A DNA stretch of 32,000 nucleotides from Candidatus Saccharimonadota bacterium (GCF_039383305.1 NZ_CP135009.1:30001-62000), one strand, 5' to 3'; counted from the first letter of the stretch, positions 9,464 through 19,158 are shown. The notes: generated by a model from the letters alone, not told the origin. Translations and numbers: made by a program.

Positions 9464-11230
9464 TTAAAAAAATTTTTTTGTATTTTTTTTAGATAAAATT
9501 TTATTTAAGTGAAATATTTTATATTTTTCAGACATATTTAATCCTGTATTTTTTTCTTTTGTAATAAGTAAATTATATTGATATTCAGATTCTTGAATAT
9601 ATAAATTATTTAATAAATCTAAAAATGTTTGTGTAATTTTTTTAGTCGAAATCATATTATTCCAATTTAATAATTTTTTAAATATTTTTTCATATTGAGT
9701 ATGTCTAAAATGTTCTAATAATTGTCCAGTATTAATATAAGAAGAATTTGATAAATATTTTACAATTTTAACAAAAGTTGATATTCCTTGAATATGAAAT
9801 TTTTTAATTTTTTTAAAATTTTTAATTTTTTTTACCAATATAGGGTTTTGTAAAATTAAACTAATTAATAATCTCATTGTAGTGATTTTAATTGGTGTAT
9901 TTGTTTTTTTAGTATTTTTTTTTTTTTGGAGATAAATAATATTTTGTAATTCTGTATGTTCTAATAAACCTATTTTATAACCTAATATTTTTCTTAAATA
10001 AATTTGTATCATTTTTCCGGGAATTTTTTTAATTAATGGAATAACTAATTTACTTAATTTAATTTTAGAATCAATAGAATTTAGTTTTAATTTATTAGTA
10101 AAAAAATTAAAAAAAAAAGTATAAAAACTTTGTGCATTTTTTATTCGTTTTTTGAATTTTTTTTCACCTTCTTTAAAAATGATACTATGTGGATCTTCGA
10201 ATTTAGGTAAAATAATAAATTTAATTGTTCTGGAATCATATAAATAAGGTAAAATTAAAAGTAGAGATTTCCAATGTGCTTCTTGACCAATTTTATCTCC
10301 ATCATAACAAAAAATTAAATTAGAACTAATTTTAAAAAGAATATTAACTTGATATTTACTTAATGTAGTACCCATGATTCCTACAACATATGGAATATTA
10401 TGTTGTATTAAAGATAATACATCTAAATATCCTTCGACAATTAATAATTTTGGTGGATGTGGAATTTTCTGGTAAAGCTCATATAATCCATAAATATTTT
10501 TTTTTTTAGAAAATATTAAAGATTCTGGAGAATTAATATATTTTGCTGTATTATTAATATTTAACGTTCTTCCTCCAAAACCATTTATTTTACCATATTG
10601 ATTTCGAATAGGAAAAATTATACGATGATAAAAACGATCATATAATTCTTTGTAAGAATTAATTGATACTAGTCCGGTTTCTAAACAATTTTTTTTTTTA
10701 ATATTTTTTTTTGTTAAATATTTTATAATTTGATTTTTTTGAATAGATGCATATCCAATAGAATATTTTTTTATAGTATTATTATTAATTCCTCTTTTTT
10801 TTAAATATTGTAATGCGTAATTAAATGGGATTTGAAATAAATTTTTTTGATAAATTTTACATATTTTTTTTAAAATTTTATGTAAAAAATTAATTTTTAG
10901 ATATTTTTTTGTTTCTTTTGAATTTAAATTTTTATAAGGAATTTTTAAACTATGTAATGAAGACAGAAAATTAATACTTTCTAAAAAATTATATCCTTCA
11001 TATGTCATTAAAAAATCAATTGCATTACCGTGTATATTACAACCAAAACAATAAAAAAATTGTTTTGATTTATTAATAACAAAAGAAGGGGTTTTTTCTT
11101 GATGAAAAGGGCATAATGCATGATAATTATTACCCATTTTTTTTAAAATAATATAATTTCCAATTAACTCTACAAGATTAGTTCGTTCTAATAGTTCTTG
11201 AATAAAAATTTTAGGTATTTTTTCAGTCAT
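9464..11230 (-). CDS. dnaG: DNA primase
   Basis: The 588-aa ORF has the zinc-ribbon CPFHQEKTPSF..CFGC..HGNAIDF and the TOPRIM segment LLIVEGYLDV. It follows the rpsU-dnaG-rpoD operon order. Confidence 0.93.
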   Translation of the reverse strand: MTEKIPKIFIQELLERTNLVELIGNYIILKKMGNNYHALCPFHQEKTPSFVINKSKQFFYCFGCNIHGNAIDFLMTYEGYNFLESINFLSSLHSLKIPYKNLNSKETKKYLKINFLHKILKKICKIYQKNLFQIPFNYALQYLKKRGINNNTIKKYSIGYASIQKNQIIKYLTKKNIKKKNCLETGLVSINSYKELYDRFYHRIIFPIRNQYGKINGFGGRTLNINNTAKYINSPESLIFSKKKNIYGLYELYQKIPHPPKLLIVEGYLDVLSLIQHNIPYVVGIMGTTLSKYQVNILFKISSNLIFCYDGDKIGQEAHWKSLLLILPYLYDSRTIKFIILPKFEDPHSIIFKEGEKKFKKRIKNAQSFYTFFFNFFTNKLKLNSIDSKIKLSKLVIPLIKKIPGKMIQIYLRKILGYKIGLLEHTELQNIIYLQKKKNTKKTNTPIKITTMRLLISLILQNPILVKKIKNFKKIKKFHIQGISTFVKIVKYLSNSSYINTGQLLEHFRHTQYEKIFKKLLNWNNMISTKKITQTFLDLLNNLYIQESEYQYNLLITKEKNTGLNMSEKYKIFHLNKILSKKNTKKFF

Positions 11231-11300
11231 TTTAGTAATTTTAAAAAAATTTAATTAATATTAAATGTGAAAAATGAAATATTTTAAATTTTTATTGAAT

Positions 11301-11516
11301 TTAATATAAACGTATTCGTTTAGCAGCTTCACGGGTTAATTTTTTAGTTAAACGTTTGATAGCGGAAGCTTTAGCGCGTTTTCTTTTAGTTGTAGGTTTT
11401 TCATAAAATTCTCTTCTTCGAATTTCTGCTAATATTCCTGCTTTTTCACAAGATCTTTTAAATCTCCGTAAAGCAACATCAAATGGTTCATTATCTCGAA
11501 TTTTAATAATAGGCAT
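11301..11516 (-). CDS. rpsU: 30S ribosomal protein S21
   Basis: The 71-aa [45 protein letters not shown] is near-identical to E. coli S21. Confidence 0.97.
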   Translation of the reverse strand: MPIIKIRDNEPFDVALRRFKRSCEKAGILAEIRRREFYEKPTTKRKRAKASAIKRLTKKLTREAAKRIRLY

Positions 11517-11644
11517 TTTTTTCTCATATTTAGTTAAATAGTTTTATATTTAAAAAAAAAAATAAAATTTTTATAAAGTATTTTTAAAATATTTTATAAA
11601 ATTATTATATAATATCTTTTTAGCATAATCTTTAGGAAAAAACA

Positions 11645-12667
11645 ATGAGAGTTTTAGGAATTGAAACATCTTGTGATGATACTTCAGTTGCAATATATGA
11701 TGATAAGTTAGGAATAATTTTTGATAAAACTTTAAATCAAGATCTTATTCATTCTAAATATGGTGGGGTTGTTCCCGAGTTAGCTGCGAGAGCTCATATT
11801 AATCAATTAACATTTTTAATAAAAAAAAGTATTTCTAAAATACAATTTTTTAACAAAAAAAAGAAATTTAAAAAAAAAAATATTGATGCAATTTCTTATA
11901 CTGCTGGTCCGGGATTAATAGGTTCTTTATTAGTTGGTGCTACTATGGGGTGTACTTTATCTTGTGTTTGGGGTATTCCTTGTATACCAATTAATCATTT
12001 AGAAGGACATATTTTTTCTGTTATGTTAAATAAAATTCATCCCTCTTTTCCTTTTATTGTTTTATTAGTTTCTGGAGGAAATACACAATTAATACGTGTT
12101 AATGGAATAGGAGAATATTTAATTTTAGGAAAAACTATAGATGTAGCAGTAGGAAATGTTTTTGATAAGATAGCTAATAAATTAGATTTAAAATATCCTG
12201 GAGGGGAAAAATTATCTAAATTAGCTAGTTTTGGTCAAAATAATCAATATTATTTTCCTCGCCCTATGATTACTCCAATGAATTTAAATTTTAGTTTTTC
12301 TGGATTAAGAACCTATACTGAAAGAATTATTAAAAATAGTTCAAAAACTTTTCAAAATCAAGCAAATATTGCGAAAGCTTTTGAAGATGCAGTAGTAGAT
12401 ACATTAGTATTGAAATGTAGTTATGCAATTAAAAAAACTAATATTAAAACATTAATTGTTTGTGGAGGTGTAAGTTCTAATGTGTTATTAAGAAAAAAAT
12501 TAAAAATTTTATTAAAAAATTTAAATGGTCATTTTTTTTTTTCTAAAAAAAAATTTTGTACAGATAATGCAGCAATGATAGCATATACAGGATTTTTAAA
12601 ATTTCAAAAATATAAATATTCTGTTGCTTCTTCTATTTTAGTAAATTCTAAATGGAATATAGTTTAA
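11645..12667 (+). CDS. tsaD: tRNA N6-adenosine threonylcarbamoyltransferase TsaD (YgjD/Gcp)
   Basis: The 340-aa ORF has MRVLGIETSCDDT and the NHLEGHI metal-binding motif. It is divergent from rpsU as in E. coli. An AGGA sits 8 nt upstream of the ATG. Confidence 0.93.
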   Translation: MRVLGIETSCDDTSVAIYDDKLGIIFDKTLNQDLIHSKYGGVVPELAARAHINQLTFLIKKSISKIQFFNKKKKFKKKNIDAISYTAGPGLIGSLLVGATMGCTLSCVWGIPCIPINHLEGHIFSVMLNKIHPSFPFIVLLVSGGNTQLIRVNGIGEYLILGKTIDVAVGNVFDKIANKLDLKYPGGEKLSKLASFGQNNQYYFPRPMITPMNLNFSFSGLRTYTERIIKNSSKTFQNQANIAKAFEDAVVDTLVLKCSYAIKKTNIKTLIVCGGVSSNVLLRKKLKILLKNLNGHFFFSKKKFCTDNAAMIAYTGFLKFQKYKYSVASSILVNSKWNIV

Positions 12668-12788
12668 AAGATATTTTTAAAAAAATGTATATAAAATTTT
12701 CAATTTTTTATTTTTTTTAAATATTTAAAATATTTTTTTAAAAAAATCAAAAAATTTTAAAAAATATTTTAATATATCAGGTATGTAT

Positions 12789-14018
12789 ATGCAAGTATAT
12801 TTAGTAGGTGGCGCGATACGAGATCTTTTATTAGGAATAGAAATACAAGATCGTGATTGGGTAGTTGTAGGTAGTACACCAGATGAAATGATAAAAAAAA
12901 AATTTTTAAAAGTTGGTCGAGATTTTCCAGTATTTCTTCATCCAATTACTCATGAAGAGTATGCATTAGCACGAACTGAAAGAAAAATTGGAGTAGGATA
13001 TAATGGTTTTAAAGTAAATTTTTCTTCAAAAGTTACTTTAGAAGAAGATTTAATGCGTAGGGATCTAACTATTAATGCTATTGCTCAAGATAATATGGGA
13101 AATTTTATTGATCCTTTTTTAGGGCAATTAGATGTTAAAAGAAGAGTATTACGACATGTTTCTTCTGCATTTTCAGAAGATCCATTACGAGTATTTCGTG
13201 TTGCTCGTTTTGCTGCTAATTTATTTCATTTAGGATTTTATATAGCGAAAGATACTTTAGTATTAATGAAATCAATTTGTATTAAAAAAGAAATTATGAC
13301 GTTATTACCGGATAGAATTTGGAAAGAAATAATTAAGGGTTTAAAAACTAGTAATCCTCATATTTTTTTTATGATTCTAAATCAGTGCCATGCTTTAAAA
13401 TATGTATGCCCAGAATTTTTTTATCTTTTTCAAAATTTTCGTTATTCTTTATATAAAAAAGTAAATTTTTCTTTTAGAAAGTTAGTTTTTACAGAATTAA
13501 TATATATTTCATTACAAACTAAAAATGCAGAAATTCGTTTTTTATATTTATGTCAATTTTTTTCTAAACGTCATAGTTTAGGTTGTTCTTCAGTTATTTT
13601 AAGATTTTTTGATAAAAAATCTTCTCAAATAGTTTATTCATTATGTAAAAGATTAAAAGTATCTACAGAAATTTTAAAAATGTCTGTATTAATGTGTGGT
13701 TTTTATCATTTTTTACAAAACATTTATGCTCAAACTGCAGAGAAAATTGTAAAATTTTTTAATATTTTAGATGTTTGGAGAAGACCTAAAAGATTAAAAA
13801 AATTAATTTATTTGAAAATTTATGAAAATTCATTTTTTTTTTTAAAAAAATACCCATTATCTTTAGGTAAATTTTTAAAGAAAATGTTTCAGATTATTAA
13901 TAAAATTACAGTACAATCTCATTCTTTACATCGAAATTTTAAGGGTGTACAAATCCGTAAAGAATTAAATCGTTTAAGGGTAAAAATTTTAAAAAAATGG
14001 TTAATATCAAATATATAA
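12789..14018 (+). CDS. cca: tRNA nucleotidyltransferase (CCA-adding enzyme), with degenerate HD domain
   Basis: MQVYLVGGAIRD..DRDWVVVGSTP..GRDFPVFLHP..EEYALARTERK..RRDLTINA..EDPLRVFRVARFA is collinear with E. coli Cca. I prefer ATG 12789, which has AGG 7 nt upstream, over the ORF-track ATG 12783, which abuts the AGGT. The E. coli HD motifs (HPEIDTGIH, CHDLGK, HHGHG) have no counterpart here (YKKVNFSFR, CQFFSK). Confidence 0.9.
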   Translation: MQVYLVGGAIRDLLLGIEIQDRDWVVVGSTPDEMIKKKFLKVGRDFPVFLHPITHEEYALARTERKIGVGYNGFKVNFSSKVTLEEDLMRRDLTINAIAQDNMGNFIDPFLGQLDVKRRVLRHVSSAFSEDPLRVFRVARFAANLFHLGFYIAKDTLVLMKSICIKKEIMTLLPDRIWKEIIKGLKTSNPHIFFMILNQCHALKYVCPEFFYLFQNFRYSLYKKVNFSFRKLVFTELIYISLQTKNAEIRFLYLCQFFSKRHSLGCSSVILRFFDKKSSQIVYSLCKRLKVSTEILKMSVLMCGFYHFLQNIYAQTAEKIVKFFNILDVWRRPKRLKKLIYLKIYENSFFFLKKYPLSLGKFLKKMFQIINKITVQSHSLHRNFKGVQIRKELNRLRVKILKKWLISNI

Positions 14019-14053
14019 TTTGATACTATTTCTTTTAATAAATAAAAGTTTTA

Positions 14054-14551
14054 TTAAATTTCTAATTGAAAAATTTTTGTATGTCCAGATTTAATAATCT
14101 TTAAAGGTGCAATTAATAAGGAATGTTCTGATGTATATATTTCGAAATATATAAATAATAAAATAGGATATATTTGACATATTTTTTTGGTTTTTAAGAT
14201 CATAAAAATTTCTCTTGTATACAATTTTTCTTTAAAATAAAAAAAATTATAATAATTTGGATATAAAAATAATAATTTTTGTAAATTAAATTTCATACTA
14301 ATTTTAAAAATATTATTTGAATAAAAAAATATTTTTTTTTTCATGGAAAAATTTTTATAAACTTTTCCGGAATAAGGTGCTGTAATAATTTTTTTGAAAG
14401 GTTTAATAATAATTTTATAATAATATTTTTTTTTTTTATAGTTTTTTTTAGAAATTATATTTAATATTTTACCAGTAATAGGAGCGTAAATATATTCATT
14501 TTTTTTTTTTATATTTATTTTTTTTTGTATTAAATTATGATAAAAATTCAT
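14054..14551 (-). CDS. crr: EIIA-Glc (crr)-derived ORF without catalytic histidines; probable relic or repurposed protein
   Basis: The 165-aa ORF compares with 169 aa for E. coli Crr. IYAPITGKILNI matches IIAPLSGEIVNI, and IIIKPFKKIITAPYSGKVYKNF matches IAIKPTGNKMVAPVDGTIGKIF. The ungapped continuation places K at both E. coli His75 and His90. It is divergent from ligA, as the cysK-ptsHI-crr block is in E. coli, but cysK, ptsH and ptsI are absent. Confidence 0.55.
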   Translation of the reverse strand: MNFYHNLIQKKINIKKKNEYIYAPITGKILNIISKKNYKKKKYYYKIIIKPFKKIITAPYSGKVYKNFSMKKKIFFYSNNIFKISMKFNLQKLLFLYPNYYNFFYFKEKLYTREIFMILKTKKICQIYPILLFIYFEIYTSEHSLLIAPLKIIKSGHTKIFQLEI

Positions 14552-14687
14552 GTTTTAGCCTTTTTTTTTAAAAAAAAATTTATTTTTGAATATAAAATTA
14601 ATCAAAAAATTTTTTATTTTTTAATAAATAATAATATTTTTGTAAAAAATTTTGTTTATTTTTTCTAAAGTTTTTAGTAGGTATATT

Positions 14688-16709
14688 ATGAAATTATTTC
14701 TTAAGAAATTTTTAAAAATTAAATTAAAAATTCAATATTATGATTATTTATATTATACATTAAATTCTTCTATTATTTCTGATTATCAATATGATAAATT
14801 ATGCTTTTCTTTAAAATCATTTAAAAAAAAATATAAAATTAAAAAAAGTTATTTAGAGTATAAAAATTCTTTAATAAAAAAAAATTTTTCTTATTTTCCA
14901 GAAATAACTCATAAAACACCTATGTTGTCTTTATTTAGTGGATCTCAAATAGAAGATTTCGAACAATATGAAAAAAAAATTAAAAAATTTTTAAACTCTT
15001 CTCAAAATTTGGAATATTTTTGTGATTTAAAATTTGATGGTTTAGCAATTAGTTTAGTATATGAAAAAGGAATTTTGTTATATGCAGTAACGCGTGGTGA
15101 TGGTCTTGTGGGGGAAAATGTTACTGTAAATGTAATGACTATTTCTACTATTCCTATAGTTTTATTAAATAAAAATGTTCCAAAATTTTTAGAAGTGCGT
15201 GGAGAAGTTTATATGAAAAAAAAAGATTTTTTACTATTAAATAAACAAAATTATTTAAAAGATAAAAAAAATTTTTCAAATCCACGTAATATTGCTGCCG
15301 GTTCTTTACGACATCGTGATCCTGAAATAACTCGTCAAAGAAATTTACAATTTGTAGCATATAGTTGTAATTTTTTTGAATCTATTTTAAATTTAGAAAA
15401 TCATGATAAAAATATGTTTTTGTTAAAAAAATGGGGTTTTCCAATTTGTAAATATTTTACGATTTGTAATACTATTAAAGAAGTATATAAATTTTATGAA
15501 AAAATTAATAATAATAGGGCGAAATTAAATTATGAAATTGATGGTATAGTTATTAAAATTAATTCTAAAGCATTACAAAAAAAAATTGGTTTTGTAAATA
15601 AAGCTCCTAAGTGGGCTTTTGCATTAAAATTTTTTTCTTATAGTGTTATAACAAAAGTCATAGGAATTAAATTTTCGATTGGTAGGACTGGTATTTTAAC
15701 GCCAGTAGCATTTGTAAAACCTATAATTATTTCTGGAGTATTAATACGTAAAGTTAGTTTATATAATAAAAAAAAAATAGAACAATTAAATTTATGTCTT
15801 GGAGATTATGTTAAAATTTATCGTGCTGGAGATGTAATTCCAAAAATTGAAAAAGTTTTATTAGAAAAAAGATTAATAACAGTACAAAAAATTATTTTTC
15901 CGAATTTTTGTCCTGTATGTAAAACTAAATTGATTTTTATAAAAAAAGATTCTTTAATATATTGTCCAGCTAGTTTTTTTTGTTCAGCTCAGAATGAAAA
16001 AAGATTATTACATTTTTCTTCAAAACAAGGAGTTTATATACCAGGTTTAGGTATAACTTTAATAAAAAAATTATTTTTAAAAGGAATTTTAAAAAATCCT
16101 GTAGATTTTTTTAAATTAAATAAAAAATCTTTTTTAAATATTTCTAGAATAGGATCAATATTAACAAAAAAAATTTTAAATTCTATTCAAAAATCAAAGA
16201 AAGTTACATTAAATAAATTTATTTATTCTTTAGGAATTTTTTTAGTTGGAAAAGTTGTTTCTCAAAATTTATCTGATTTTTTCGGATCTTTAAATAATTT
16301 TTTAAAAGCAAAATATAAAAATTTACGTCAAGTTGAAGGAGTAGGAAAAAATATAGCAAATTCTATTTTATTATTTTTAAAATTAAAAGAAAATCAAAAA
16401 ATTATTTTAGATTTACAAAATATTTTATTTATTTCTTCTTTTTTTGCTAATTCTTTTTATGTGAAAAAATTTTCAATGATGTGGATATATGATAAAAATT
16501 TTGTATTATCTGGAAAATTTTTAATTTTTTCAAAAAAAAAAATTTTTAAAATAATTAAAAATAATGGAGGTAACATTAAATATGATATTTCAAAAAAAAT
16601 AAATTTTTTAATTATTGGGGAAAAATATGGAAATAAATTTAAAAAAGCAAAATTATTAAAAATTAAAATATTATCTGAAAAACAATTTATTCAAAAAATT
16701 AAAAAATAA
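14688..16709 (+). CDS. ligA: NAD-dependent DNA ligase
   Basis: The KxDG adenylation motif (CDLKFDGLAIS), RGEVYM, four-Cys zinc finger (CPVC..C..C), HhH region and C-terminal BRCT-like segment are present. The start is trimmed from the TTG at 14652 to ATG 14688 (AGGT 6 nt upstream), which aligns with the E. coli N-terminus (..YDYLYY.. vs HHEYLYH). Confidence 0.93.
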   Translation: MKLFLKKFLKIKLKIQYYDYLYYTLNSSIISDYQYDKLCFSLKSFKKKYKIKKSYLEYKNSLIKKNFSYFPEITHKTPMLSLFSGSQIEDFEQYEKKIKKFLNSSQNLEYFCDLKFDGLAISLVYEKGILLYAVTRGDGLVGENVTVNVMTISTIPIVLLNKNVPKFLEVRGEVYMKKKDFLLLNKQNYLKDKKNFSNPRNIAAGSLRHRDPEITRQRNLQFVAYSCNFFESILNLENHDKNMFLLKKWGFPICKYFTICNTIKEVYKFYEKINNNRAKLNYEIDGIVIKINSKALQKKIGFVNKAPKWAFALKFFSYSVITKVIGIKFSIGRTGILTPVAFVKPIIISGVLIRKVSLYNKKKIEQLNLCLGDYVKIYRAGDVIPKIEKVLLEKRLITVQKIIFPNFCPVCKTKLIFIKKDSLIYCPASFFCSAQNEKRLLHFSSKQGVYIPGLGITLIKKLFLKGILKNPVDFFKLNKKSFLNISRIGSILTKKILNSIQKSKKVTLNKFIYSLGIFLVGKVVSQNLSDFFGSLNNFLKAKYKNLRQVEGVGKNIANSILLFLKLKENQKIILDLQNILFISSFFANSFYVKKFSMMWIYDKNFVLSGKFLIFSKKKIFKIIKNNGGNIKYDISKKINFLIIGEKYGNKFKKAKLLKIKILSEKQFIQKIKK

Positions 16710-16711
16710 TA

Positions 16712-16784
16712 TGGGTCGTGCAGGATTTGAACCTGCGACCAATTGATTAAAAGTCAACTGCTCTACCGACTGAGCTAACGACCC
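16712..16784 (-). tRNA. lysV: tRNA-Lys (anticodon UUU)
   Basis: The reverse complement is GGGTCGTTAGCTCAGTCGGTAGAGCAGTTGACTTTTAATCAATTGGTCGCAGGTTCAAATCCTGCACGACCCA, with anticodon loop CTTTTAA. No CCA is encoded. Confidence 0.93.
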
Positions 16785-16794
16785 AAAAAATTTT

Positions 16795-16867
16795 TAGGTA
16801 ATGACGGATTCGAACCGCCGACCTTCTCCGTGTAAAGGAGATGCTCTACCAGTTGAGCTAATCACCC
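16795..16867 (-). tRNA. valU: tRNA-Val (anticodon UAC)
   Basis: The reverse complement is GGGTGATTAGCTCAACTGGTAGAGCATCTCCTTTACACGGAGAAGGTCGGCGGTTCGAATCCGTCATTACCTA, with anticodon loop TTTACAC. The acceptor stem has two G-U pairs. It is divergent from gltX like the E. coli valU-lysV operon. No CCA is encoded. Confidence 0.88.
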
Positions 16868-16878
16868 AATATTTCTTT

Positions 16879-16906
16879 ATTGTAAATTAGTTATTTTGTT
16901 AGTCAA
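16879..16906 (-). promoter_or_regulatory. Candidate sigma70 promoter for the tRNA-Val/tRNA-Lys operon (TTGACT-N16-TACAAT)
   Basis: On the minus strand TTGACT (16906-16901), a 16-nt spacer and TACAAT (16884-16879) end 11 nt before the mature tRNA-Val 5' end. This implies a very short leader. Confidence 0.4.
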
Positions 16907-16983
16907 TCTTTTTTTTGTTTTTTTATAAAAAAAATAAAAAATTTTTTAAACAATTTTTTTTAAATAGATTTTTAGAGTGTTTT

Positions 16984-18411
16984 ATGAAAATAAAAACTAG
17001 ATTTTCGCCTAGTCCTACTGGTTTTTTACATTTAGGGGGATTACGTACAGCATTATTTTCGTGGTTATTTGCGCGTAAAAATAATGGTTCATTTATTTTA
17101 CGAATTGAAGATACAGATAAAAAAAGATTTAATGAAAATTCCTCTAATGATATTATGGAAAGTTTATCTTGGTTGGGTTTATTTTGGGATGAAGGGCCTA
17201 TTTATCAAAGTAGTCGTTTAAAAATTTATCAAAAAGCGATTTTAAAATTGTTAAATTTAAAAAGAGCTTACAAATGTTATTGTTCATATGAAAGATTAGA
17301 ATTATTAAGAAGTAATTTATTATTAAAAGGTGAAAAACCTCGTTATGATGGAAAATGTCGGTTTAAAGAAAACCAAAAAAAAAATAATAATAAATCTTTT
17401 GTTATACGTTTTAAAAACCCAAAAAAAGGATCTGTAAAATTTTTGGATCAAATTCTAGGAGAAATTATTGTTCAAAATTCTGAATTAGATGATGTAATTA
17501 TACAACGTTCAGATGGTATGCCCACATATAACTTTTGTGTTGTAGTAGATGATATTGATATGAAAATTACACATGTAATACGTGGAAATGATCATTTAAA
17601 TAATACGCCTAGACAAATTAATTTATTTAATGCTCTAGATGGAAAAGTTCCTAAATTTGCTCATTTATCTATGGTTTTAGATTTTGAAGGAAAGAAAATT
17701 TCTAAAAGATATTCTCAATCTAGTATTTTAAAATATCGTATGTCTGGATATTTACCGGAAACAATTTTAAATTATTTATTTTCTTTAGGAACCTTAAAGA
17801 ATAAAAAAGAAATTTATTCTTTAAAAGAAATGAAATCATGTTTTTCTTTTAAAAAAATTAATAAATCCCCTAATATCGTTAATAAGAAAAAAATTTTATG
17901 GTTTAATCATTATTATTTAAAGACTTTAAATAATGAAAAAATTTTTATATATTTTCAAAAATATTTATTGTTAAATAAAATTAAACTTGTGAAATCTTTT
18001 CCTACAAAAGAGTTGATTTTTAATTTTATTAAAAGACATGTGACTTTAGAAGATTTTTTAAAATCTTATACATATTTTTATCAAGATGTTAAATTTTCTT
18101 CTTTAAAAAATTTACATATAGGTTTTAAAATTAAAGATATATTAATTTTAATATATTTTAAAAAAAAAATTTTAAATCTTAAAAAATGGTCTCTGGATAA
18201 TTTGTCAGAAGTTTTTCAAAATATATTATGTAAATTTAATTTAAAATTTTCAGAATTAGCACCATTAATACGGCTGAGTGTTACAGGTTGTTTATGTACT
18301 CCTAGTCTTAAATTGATTATATTTTATTTAGGGAAGAAATGTATTTTAATACGTTTAAAATCTGCAATACAATATTTTAAAAAGAATATTTTGAACAATA
18401 AATATATTTAG
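16984..18411 (+). CDS. gltX: Glutamyl-tRNA synthetase
   Basis: MKIKTRFSPSPTGFLHLGGLRTALF carries the HIGH-type motif, KISKR is the KMSKS-type motif, and the Cys cluster CYCS..GKCR is present. The start is trimmed from the TTG at 16915 to ATG 16984 to match the E. coli N-terminus (MKIKTRFAPSPTG). Confidence 0.95.
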   Translation: MKIKTRFSPSPTGFLHLGGLRTALFSWLFARKNNGSFILRIEDTDKKRFNENSSNDIMESLSWLGLFWDEGPIYQSSRLKIYQKAILKLLNLKRAYKCYCSYERLELLRSNLLLKGEKPRYDGKCRFKENQKKNNNKSFVIRFKNPKKGSVKFLDQILGEIIVQNSELDDVIIQRSDGMPTYNFCVVVDDIDMKITHVIRGNDHLNNTPRQINLFNALDGKVPKFAHLSMVLDFEGKKISKRYSQSSILKYRMSGYLPETILNYLFSLGTLKNKKEIYSLKEMKSCFSFKKINKSPNIVNKKKILWFNHYYLKTLNNEKIFIYFQKYLLLNKIKLVKSFPTKELIFNFIKRHVTLEDFLKSYTYFYQDVKFSSLKNLHIGFKIKDILILIYFKKKILNLKKWSLDNLSEVFQNILCKFNLKFSELAPLIRLSVTGCLCTPSLKLIIFYLGKKCILIRLKSAIQYFKKNILNNKYI

Positions 18412-18611
18412 AAAAAAAATATTTATTTAAGGTTTTTTTATAAAAAAATATAAAAAATAAAATTTTTTAATTATTTTTATTTTTTTTTAGAATTTAATTG
18501 GAAATAATTTTAGAAGAAGTATAATATTAAAATAAATTTTAAGTTTTTTTAAAATATTAGTATATAAAAATTATAAAAATTGATATTTTCAAAATATTTT
18601 TTAAAAAAATG

Positions 18612-18636
18612 ATTTTGCTGGTAAATCCAGCAAAAT
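18612..18636. terminator. Perfect 10-bp hairpin (ATTTTGCTGG-TAAAT-CCAGCAAAAT) with T-runs on both sides; likely bidirectional intrinsic terminator
   Basis: The inverted repeat was read directly. It lies 25 nt downstream of the fliE stop (minus strand) and in the convergent gltX/fliE gap. Flanking sequences are TTTAATTTTTTT (+) and TTTTTTTAA (-). Confidence 0.6.
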
Positions 18637-18661
18637 TTTAATTTTTTTAAATAAAATTTAT

Positions 18662-18970
18662 TTATAATGGTAGGTTCATTAATTCTTGATAAGAACTTAT
18701 AATTTTATTTCGTAATTGAACTAATATTTTAATCCATAAACCTTTTTGATTCAGTTCAAAAAATTGTCCTTGATTTTCTATTTCATAATTTTTTATGTTT
18801 TTTTTTTGAAAATTATTTATTATATTATCTTTTTTAAAAGAATTTTTTTTTATATTTTGTTCTAAATAATTTTGAAAAGGTTTATTAGGATAAAAATTTG
18901 AAATTTTATTATTTTTTTTTTGAATTATGTTTTTAAAGTATATAGGAAGTTCTTTAGAAATTTTTTTCAT
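18662..18970 (-). CDS. fliE: Flagellar hook-basal body complex protein FliE
   Basis: The C-terminus IKILVQLRNKIISSYQELMNLPL matches E. coli FliE [21 protein letters not shown], and the ~102-aa length compares with 104 aa. It is divergent from fliF. I prefer ATG 18970 to the TTG at 18985 in the ORF track. Confidence 0.85.
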   Translation of the reverse strand: MKKISKELPIYFKNIIQKKNNKISNFYPNKPFQNYLEQNIKKNSFKKDNIINNFQKKNIKNYEIENQGQFFELNQKGLWIKILVQLRNKIISSYQELMNLPL

Positions 18971-19158
18971 ATTTAAGGGTCTCAAAGGGAATACATGAAT
19001 ATAAAAAACTAGATTTTATAATTTTATATATTTTAAAATATTCATATTATATTTTCAAATAAAAATTTTATTTATTTTTAGAATATATATAATTTTTCAT
19101 AATAATTTTTTTATAGAATATGAAATTTTTTATCATAGTAATAATATAGGATATTCTG

